64,000 nucleotides of DNA from Octopus vulgaris (Eukaryota): positions 211,544,001-211,608,000 of the forward strand of contig OX597814.1 of assembly GCA_951406725.2 (NCBI GenBank). Direction: 5' to 3'. The number at the start of each line of letters is the position of its first letter. The first letter of the stretch is position 1. A program made the translations under genes and the position numbers. Positions 55,896 to 64,000 of the stretch are shown in pieces. Under the pieces are notes generated by a model. That model did no database searches. It saw only the letters and a program-made list of their open reading frames with translations, and was not told the DNA's origin.

Positions 55896-56327
55896 ATTTG
55901 TGTAAATGTATGTACAAAATCCTTTGCTCTTTTGATATTAAGGGTGCGTGTGTTTTTCCTTCGATGATTCAACTGTAATTCTACTTGTCACTACATCTTT
56001 GTTCATTGCGACAATGCACGACAAAAAACGTCATTGAAATCCTGGTCCGCGAAAATAATTTTTCTTTGAAATTGTTTTTCATCATTATGTCTCGAAAACA
56101 TCACTAAATTTTCAGTTGAGAAGAGAAACAATAGGACGCATTCGATTCCATAGTATGCTTATAACTATATGAACGCATGTACATGTGTGTGTATGTGAGT
56201 GTTTATGTATGTGTGCGCGCGTGTGCGCCTTTTTGTATGGTGTGTATATATCTCTATATGTGTATGTAAGTGCAAATACAGAGATACAGAGATGATCACA
56301 TTTTTACCTACCTACTCCTGCCTGCTC

Positions 56328-56329
56328 GC

Positions 56330-56411
<82 letters not shown>

Positions 56412-56420
56412 ATCTATCTA
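56328..56420. repeat. (TATC)n microsatellite
   Basis: Direct reading. Confidence 0.95.
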
Positions 56421-57489
56421 GAGCTATTTAGCTTTCTGTCTGTCTCTTTCTCTCTCTCTCCCTCTCTATTTATTTATCTGTCTATCTGTCTCTAGATACA
56501 TTTTAACTATACATACCCGTACACACATAGATGAATATACACACAAATACATGTATATATGATTGTATATATTAGTGTATGCATAAACACTTATACATAA
56601 ATATCTATCGATATTCAAGCAAAGTAATATTGAATATTATAATTGGAGCAAATAACGTATAATTGTATGCTGTTAAATATCAAGAAGATATTTAATAAAC
56701 GGTATGTATTGAGAATCATTCCTATCTCGCCGAGTTGACTCATTTATGTTTCATTGGTGTGCGTTTTAAAAAATTAGTTTGTCCTTTTCGATTCGAAGAT
56801 AGTTCATTTTATTTCCAAGCCGACGTCAAATAATCTATAGCAATGATTTAAAACAGACCATTAATAGCACACCGGTAATTTCTTCTTGTCACAATAATTA
56901 TGTGTGTTATTATTTGAGAGCATGAATGAGATTTAGAAACATATTGAAAGAAAGATAGATTGTTAAAATGTCATTAATAACAAAGAATTTATTACTGGTT
57001 AATATTTCCAACTTCACTCGTACCCTATCACTTGCATTTTTGTTCTGAATCAATTACAGAAATGATAAGCAAGCGCTGGCTGACCCACAAAGCAATTATG
57101 AGTGAAGGAACATATTTCGTGTGCTAACACAGATTTGCGATACATAAATTTTGTGGATAAATAGCCAATAAAAATGGAGAAGAAATGAGATTAAAAATCA
57201 GGATACTGCAATTTAATTTCATACCTAGGCTGCTACACCGCTAAACTATTTATGAAATTCTTTTATACTCACACTGAATCTATCAAAATGTTCGTAGTAT
57301 TTGTGTTGTGAAATATTTCTTGAAATAATTTTCTGAAACTCAAAAACTCTAGCGTATAAACGTATCCCTGGCTTCCTAATATCTACTAAAACAAAGTCTA
57401 TTTCCCTTTCCGACTAAACACACAGACGCAGACAAAGACACACACACAGACACACAGACACACACACACACGCACATATAAAGTAACGT

Positions 57490-57776
57490 AAAGACCCCCT
57501 TCAGTCATGAATGACCATGGGATTGCACCTAGAAAGTTACCCTCCTAGACACAAGTCCGGGCAAGGTTGTTTTATGGAAGACCAGCAGTCGCCCATGCAT
57601 ACCAGCCTCCCCTCTCCACGCCACCAGTGTTATCCAAGGGAAAGACAAAGGTCGATACAGCTTGGCACCAGTGACGTCGCAACTCATTTCTACAGCTGAG
57701 TGAACTGGAGCAACGTGAAATAAAGTGCCTTGCTCAAGAACACAACACGCAGCCCGGTCCGGGATTCGAGCTCACA
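57490..57776 (-). mobile_element. SINE family B, 5'-truncated
   Basis: Reverse complement of ~59623-59911; stops just beyond the B box. Confidence 0.9.
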
Positions 57777-57929
57777 TATACATATATATACACGCACATA
57801 TACATATATATATATACCCACATATACAAATGGATATATATATACGCAAGTATATGTGTAAAAATGTATGGATATATAGATAATAAATAATATATATATT
57901 GTCCACAGGATCCTCAAAACATAGATTTC

Positions 57930-58195
57930 ACTGGGAGAAACATTTTTTGCAATGAGAAAATACAGAAAGAGAGAGAAAAAACACGTCCTTTTTTTTTAAC
58001 ATCCATGCAGGAAAAGAAAAGTGATCACGTGAGGAAAATAAAGATGGACGATGATGACGTGAGAGCAACGGCAAAGAGAAAAAAAGAGAGGCAGAGAGAG
58101 ACGGATAGAATGCAGTGAAGTAGGATGAGAAAAAGGGGATTAGATGGAGAATATAGGAAGAAAACTGTATAGAGTAGTGTGTTTTCTTAGTAACT
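57930..58195. repeat. Purine-rich dispersed repeat, copy 1
   Basis: ctgggagaaaca...tgcaggaaaagaaaa...atcacgtgaggaaaa...gagaaaaggggattaga...aagaaaac.gtata recurs at ~60258-60525. Confidence 0.7.
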
Positions 58196-58242
<47 letters not shown>

Positions 58243-58243
<1 letters not shown>

Positions 58244-58743
58244 TAGCAGTATCGCCCGGCGTTGCTCGGGTTTGTAAGGGAAATAACTATATAAGCATTT
58301 TTAGAGAGTTACTTCCCTTATAGATGCCAATTCGGGCTTTCTTAGCCATTTCTGTTTTGGTGTCTTCAAGCCATGAAGTCGTTGTTCTAAAAGAACGCTG
58401 GTCTCCTTGACAACGCATTACGACGTTGATTTCCTTATACTCTCTTCCCCACAGCTTCATGAGGGAGGGAAGAAGGGGGAGAAGCAAACACAGGTGCAGG
58501 TGTTTTAGCGTGGATGCCAACTCCGCCGCCATCGACACTCGAAAAATTATGCATTAAAATGGAATAAAAAATGATGTTAAATCATTTTTAAAATCGTAGA
58601 CTCATCGTAGACGCGCGCTAATAGCCAGACGGGCTGGATATTAATCACGACTATAAGATACCCGAATTTGGTTAAACCGCACCGCAAAATGTGGGAGGAG
58701 TTAGGAATCTAAATCGTAGGAGACAGACACTCACACAACAACA

Positions 58744-58781
<38 letters not shown>
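58243..58781 (-). mobile_element. Non-autonomous Helitron, longer variant
   Basis: CTAG end at 58243 with hairpin cccggcgttgctcggg; 5' end in expanded (TA)n; extra ~220-bp internal segment (~58320-58540) absent from the other two copies. Confidence 0.88.
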
Positions 58782-58799
<18 letters not shown>

Positions 58800-58800
<1 letters not shown>

Positions 58801-59246
58801 CTATATTAAATTTGCGAGTGAGATGTAAGCAGAAGCAATACGGAATAGTGACATGTAATTACCCACCAAGTGTGTCGTCCCACATGGGACAATGTTACTG
58901 ACATTTATAACCCCAGGAAGACATATCTTCCGGCTGGCTAACGTCACACATTCTGTCCCCGATTAGTATTTGCGAGGGGAGGTGATCTCTCCCTTCCCTA
59001 GGGAATGCACACATACTCGAGTTTTGGGCTGATTACCCGTCCGCAGCGTGTGTTAATCACCTGCTACTGATGAAAACTCTCCCCCACTCAAAAAATACTA
59101 TTACTATATGCTTTATCCAGCACCGAACTGTCGCTAGTCTTTAAAAAAGGACAAATAAGCTATATTGAATCTGTGAGCGAGATGAAAACAGTAGCAAAAC
59201 AGAATAGCGACACGGGACATTCTTTTAGCGTGTAAAAATTTACCCA
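58800..59246. repeat. ~360-bp unit bounded by diverged direct repeats
   Basis: gctatatt.aat.tg.gag.gagatg.aa.cag.agcaa.ac.gaatag.gaca at ~58800-58855 and ~59159-59212. Confidence 0.65.
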
Positions 59247-59275
59247 ATGGACTATATATTATCTATATAAATACT

Positions 59276-59548
59276 GTGTACATTTAAACACATAAGAGGC
59301 ATCCATCATAGGACTCCTTGAACACTAGAGAGAACAGTTAAATTCCAAACAACTATTACAGATAAAATTTCGAAGGGAATGAAAAATAAAATCATTTACC
59401 ATCTAACTCCTGAAACCATTGGTCCAGGAGTTAGATGGTAAATATTCTTATTTTTCATTCCCTTCGAAATTTTATCCCTAATAGTGGTTTGGAATTTAAC
59501 TCTCAAAGAGTCCTATGATGGATGCCTCTTATGTGATTAATTGTACAC
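59276..59548. repeat. Long palindrome (~135-bp arms, essentially no loop)
   Basis: Left arm gtgtaca..cataagaggcatccatcataggactc..ttcgaagggaatgaaaaataa..tttaccatctaactcctg is mirrored around ~59419; TA-flanked. Confidence 0.88.
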
Positions 59549-59574
59549 TATATATATATATATATTTATATATA

Positions 59575-59911
59575 TGAAGGCGCATGGCTCAGTAGTTAGA
59601 GCGTCGAGCTTACGATCGTGAGGTTGTGAGCTCGAATCCCGGACCGGGCTTCGTGTTGTGTTCTTGAGCAAGGCACTTTATTTCACGTTGCTCCAGTTCA
59701 CTCAGCTGTAGAAATGAGTTGCGACGTCACTGGTGCCAAGCTGTATCGACCTTTGTCTTTCCCTTAGATAACACTGGTGGCGTGGAGAGGGGAGGCTGGT
59801 ATGCATGGGCGACTGCTGGTCTTCCATAAACAACCTTGCCCGGACTTGTGCCTGGGAGGGTAACTTTCTAGGTGCAATCCCATGTTCATTCATGACCGAA
59901 GAGGGTCTTTT
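59575..59911 (+). mobile_element. tRNA-derived SINE, family B (full length)
   Basis: tgaaggcgcatggctcagtagttagagcg...gagctcgaatccc...gaccgaagagggtctttt. Confidence 0.9.
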
Positions 59912-59924
59912 TATGCATATATGG

Positions 59925-60520
59925 GTACATGATATCACTAACGAAACAGAAAACATGGTATACGTTAACAAACGAGGAAAAAATCTAGTAAATACGTTAA
60001 CAACAAAGCTATGGAAAACAGAACAAGTGAACACAGAGAAAGCATCCTCCATCAGTTGTTGGCTGTCTAACTACTCCTCATTTGGAGCATTCAATGACAA
60101 TACAAGTTTTCCTTTGCTTCCATAAATTCTAAAATAAAGGTTAGGTTTTATGGATGGTCAAAGTTGGGAAAAAAACGACAGAGGAGACATAGAAGGAAAC
60201 CGAATGAAAGCAATCATGCAGGGTCGTTAGAGCAGAATGAGAGTAAAATAGTGAATGCTGGGAGAAACAGTTTTTTGAAAACAGAAAAGAAAGAAGGGTG
60301 AGAGAGAGAGAGAAAAATATCCGTTCATTTTAACATACGTGCAGGAAAAGAAAATTTATCACGTGAGGAAAAGAAAGGTGGGCGATGAAAACGTGTGGGC
60401 AACGTGAGAGATAGAATAAAGAGAAATAGAGGAGAGATAGATAGAATAAAGTGATGGATGAGTTGGAGAAAAAGGGGATTAGAGAAGGATGGAGAAAGAA
60501 AACAGTATATAGCAGATATT

Positions 60521-60525
<5 letters not shown>
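59925..60525. repeat. Purine-rich dispersed repeat, longer copy 2
   Basis: Right part aligns with 57930-58195; ends at a TA run. Confidence 0.6.
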
Positions 60526-60552
<27 letters not shown>

Positions 60553-63500
60553 GTAAATATGCAAATAAATAGCAAAGTATATACATTTATCAATATCTAA
60601 CCGCCGTTTCAAGCGGCTCCATTTAATAGATCTATGAAAACTTTGCATCAATTTGAAAGAAAAGTATCTCTTCAGACGCAGATAATTATATAGATTCTTC
60701 ACATAAAGGAAACAATCATATTTAACAAATTTACAAATTCATCGATAAAATAAATGTAGTCGCTTGGAACAGCCGTAATTTATTGATACATGTGCATACG
60801 TGTTACTTATTTACATTTTGTTTCGCTAACTTTGATCTGTGTGGACTATAGCGAACTTGTACACTGCCTCAAATTAAGTATCTAATTTAACTGAATCGTA
60901 ATAATATGTATGTGTGTGTGTGTGTGTGTGTAAGTATATATACATGCATACATACATATATGCATATATAAAACTATATATGTATGTATATATATACAAT
61001 GTATATGGATGTATATATTGTATATATACATATATAATATGTTGTAGACATCTCACACTGATGACGATAGCGATATCAATATCATGACACGATGACAAAT
61101 GATATATTACAGGAAAGATTCGATCGATGGATACGAAGAAAGAAATCTAAGAAGGTACTTACGAGCAGTGAAGCAGGCGAATATACATCTATGATCATAT
61201 TCAGAAATGTTTTCTGAACAAATATAACACATTTTAAATGTGAAATTATAGATATGTTCACTTCTGCACGCATTATGGCTTGGCTTATGTAAACATTTAC
61301 ACACTACCATAAAGGAAAATACATGTTCACTTATAACGAATGTTTCAAGTTTCGAAAAATTAAAGTTTCATAATATATGGGGGTTAATCACATTTAGTAC
61401 TATGTATTCGCTAAAATAATGAAGAAATTTGTGTTTTGAGTATCCTAGTGACAAGATGTACGTAACTCTCAAGTGTAAAAGAAACAAATGAAAAATATAA
61501 GTTCATTAACTGATTTTTTAGGTTAGTCGTACATATTAATTAAATTGTACATGAAAATCTATGTTGTCTAGTGCCAAATATTACGAACGTATAATCTTTA
61601 AATAATGTATATTCTCTTCTCGGATTTTCATATTCTAGCTATCTTGCTTAATGAATAGAAAATTGTATGAGAAGTTTGTATGTTATAACTCAGTCAAAAC
61701 GTTTGGAGCAATACAACGTCGCAGTTAACCACTTAGCGTGCTGTACTACGGTCATTGTTTGCAAGGAGAATAAAAAAGAACATTTCACGATATTAAAGAG
61801 ATAGAAATTTTACAAAACGAGATCTTCTGTACCTTAATGTCAACATTCGTCACTTGTATTATGCAGGTGTGTTATTACATTTCACTATGCTAAAATAGAT
61901 GAAAAGATTGTTTAAAACGAAGATCTAGAGATTTGCTTTGTCTGAGCAATGTCCAGGCTTGAACACTGTCGAAAATTTATGGCAAATCATTAAGTTAGAA
62001 TAGAATTCGAGAGCAAATACGATGAACGTGTAGATGACGGGGAATTACAAATTAGAACCGACATTATTGAAATTCTCAGTGACAGTTTGATTTAAAGAAT
62101 TAAAATAAACTACAACATAATCGTGCTAGAGGCAATGATTACTAATGTTTAGTAATGAATAAACATAAATTCTATCTTTGAAGAAAATTCTGAATAAAAT
62201 AAAATATATTTAATTCAACAAAGTTACTACTGAATGCAAAAGAAATATGAAAAATGTATAGATTCGCTATTTGTAATATATATATTTTTGCTTGTGTGCG
62301 TGCCTGCGTGTGAAAGACTATGTTGATATATGTGAATATGTGTGTATATGTATGTACGTGTGTGTGTTTATATATGTATATGCAGGTACATACATGTGTG
62401 TATATATATATGCGTGTGTATGTGTGTGTATATGTACGTGGGGGTGCGTATGTACCTGGTGTGAAATAATGGACACTGGGAAAGGCTGTAACATCAAGAA
62501 AAGAAATCGCATTAACCTCACTTGATTCGAATATTGTTTACTTTACAAGTACCTTTGTGTTCGCGAATACTGAATAAAGAGAATTTTATAAAGCTAGGAA
62601 TAATGGAATAAATGCTGTGTCAGCTTAGCAAGAGTTTTATGCTGGAAAGTGTTATGTTGCGCAGGAGAATTTTAGCATGATTCCAAAAACTAGACTTGGA
62701 AACATATAGAAGGATTGAGTTAAGTATAATACAAGGAAACAAGAAAAAACGAACGAAAAATGCAGAAAGAGGCAGTAAGTAATACAAAAAGAGAAACTAA
62801 TAGGAACGTGATTGTTAGGGTGTGTATATTAATCTTTTCATAAATAAATGGGAAAGGAGACAAAAGAATATATTTATGTAGCAGATAATATTGGAAAATA
62901 GTAAGTGTGTAAGAGAAAATAATAAGAGAGCTATTGAGCAAGCATGGGCGTCAATATTAAGAAAACAGAAGACAAGAAGAGTTCATTTCTATGCTTTTAT
63001 AAATACACACACAAACCTTTATTTATTCATATATATATATGTGTGTGTGTCTGTGTGTGTGTGCGTTTTGTGTGTGTGTGTGTGTGTGTGTGGAACTGAA
63101 CACACTGGACATGCATGGGTTTATATGTTTGAGTAAGCATGCATATATATTTTGTATGTATATGTGTGTATGTGTATGCGCATACGTCTGTGTCCCTATA
63201 TTCTTATATTCCCATTTCAACACCTCTTTTTTTTTACTATCATATTTAACATTTTTGGATATAGAGAAAGTCTCTCCACTACGATTTGTTACAAAGAAAC
63301 TGTAGTGTGTAAAATATTCAGACTGTATTTTTTTATGAATTTTCGGTAGATCTGTGTCTGATTATTACTTATACTTACGAAATTTTTTTTTAAATGTAAG
63401 ACGACAATATATTAAATTCAGATGAACGTATGCAGTGCAGCTAAATTATGTGTTAGCAACTCACAATTTATTCAAACAATAAGTTTGATTTACAATATAT

Positions 63501-64000
63501 GATTAAGTTTGTTACGCAATACGAAAGATTTTGGTCACAATGCGGAAGCCAGTAAGGAAAGAGTTAGTGAGGTGTTAAGGATTAATGAAAATATAAATAT
63601 CAGAATATATTTGTAGCATTATTTGAATTAGAATCTTAGCAAATATATAGGTCAAATATCAACATGAACTTTGTTGCCTTTATTCTGCGTGCCATTTTTT
63701 CACAAATGCTCACTTTTTCTTTATTCTTTTTTTGGTAAACATACATCCCTATGTAGCCTTGTTTTATTTATAATTTCTATCATAGCAACTGAATGGGATG
63801 CATAATGTTATTTATGCCTATATCGGTGGAATGTACAAAAGGTTGTGTTTCTGTATGTGATAACATGAAGGATATATTGAGACAGTTTCTGTTACTTTAC
63901 ACGAGCTGTTGACCAACACAAAGTAAGACGATTGTCAGTCGTTGGTCATATTGGATATACTAAATAGATCCAGTAAGTGGTAGGTGTTATAGTGTTTGAT

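Noticed and set aside
59575-59650. tRNA-like sequences (also ~11450-11522, 13351-13420, 40504-40575, 48457-48530)
   Set aside because: They have A/B boxes but no clean cloverleaf and run into repeat bodies; SINE heads, not tRNA genes.
60040-60100. CTGATGG on the minus strand of the purine-rich repeat
   Set aside because: Core imperfect and no hammerhead topology could be built.
60560-64000. Possible host gene exons in the unique-looking right end
   Set aside because: AT-rich with only short low-complexity ORFs; nothing supportable without transcript data.

Overview
AT-rich eukaryotic DNA packed with (TA)n, (CA)n, (TAA)n, (GAT)n and (TATC)n microsatellites and transposon debris. The SINE and microsatellite make-up looks like an octopus (coleoid cephalopod) intergenic or intronic region; that is inference, not a database match. 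No host protein-coding exon could be supported, and most listed ORFs are microsatellite artefacts. Recognisable elements: four tRNA-derived SINE families, CR1-group LINE 3' fragments, a cluster of R4/Dong-type (restriction-like endonuclease) retroelement fossils, mariner elements, a decayed Chapaev3 (RAG1-related) transposase, three non-autonomous Helitrons and a Penelope-like GIY-YIG remnant. The most interesting signal is a set of short non-coding repeats carrying minimal type I hammerhead ribozyme motifs (CTGANGA...GAAAC-palindrome-NTH) from at least five unrelated sequence families, often arranged as tandem or inverted copies like Penelope termini. One (13067-13526) joins a tRNA-type Pol III head, a microsatellite spacer and a hammerhead-bearing tail, with an inverted partial tail at its 5' end and a 13-bp target-site duplication. 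It is a candidate Penelope-mobilised, ribozyme-containing SINE/retrozyme. Motifs, translations and coordinates were read by eye, so the ends of decayed elements are approximate.
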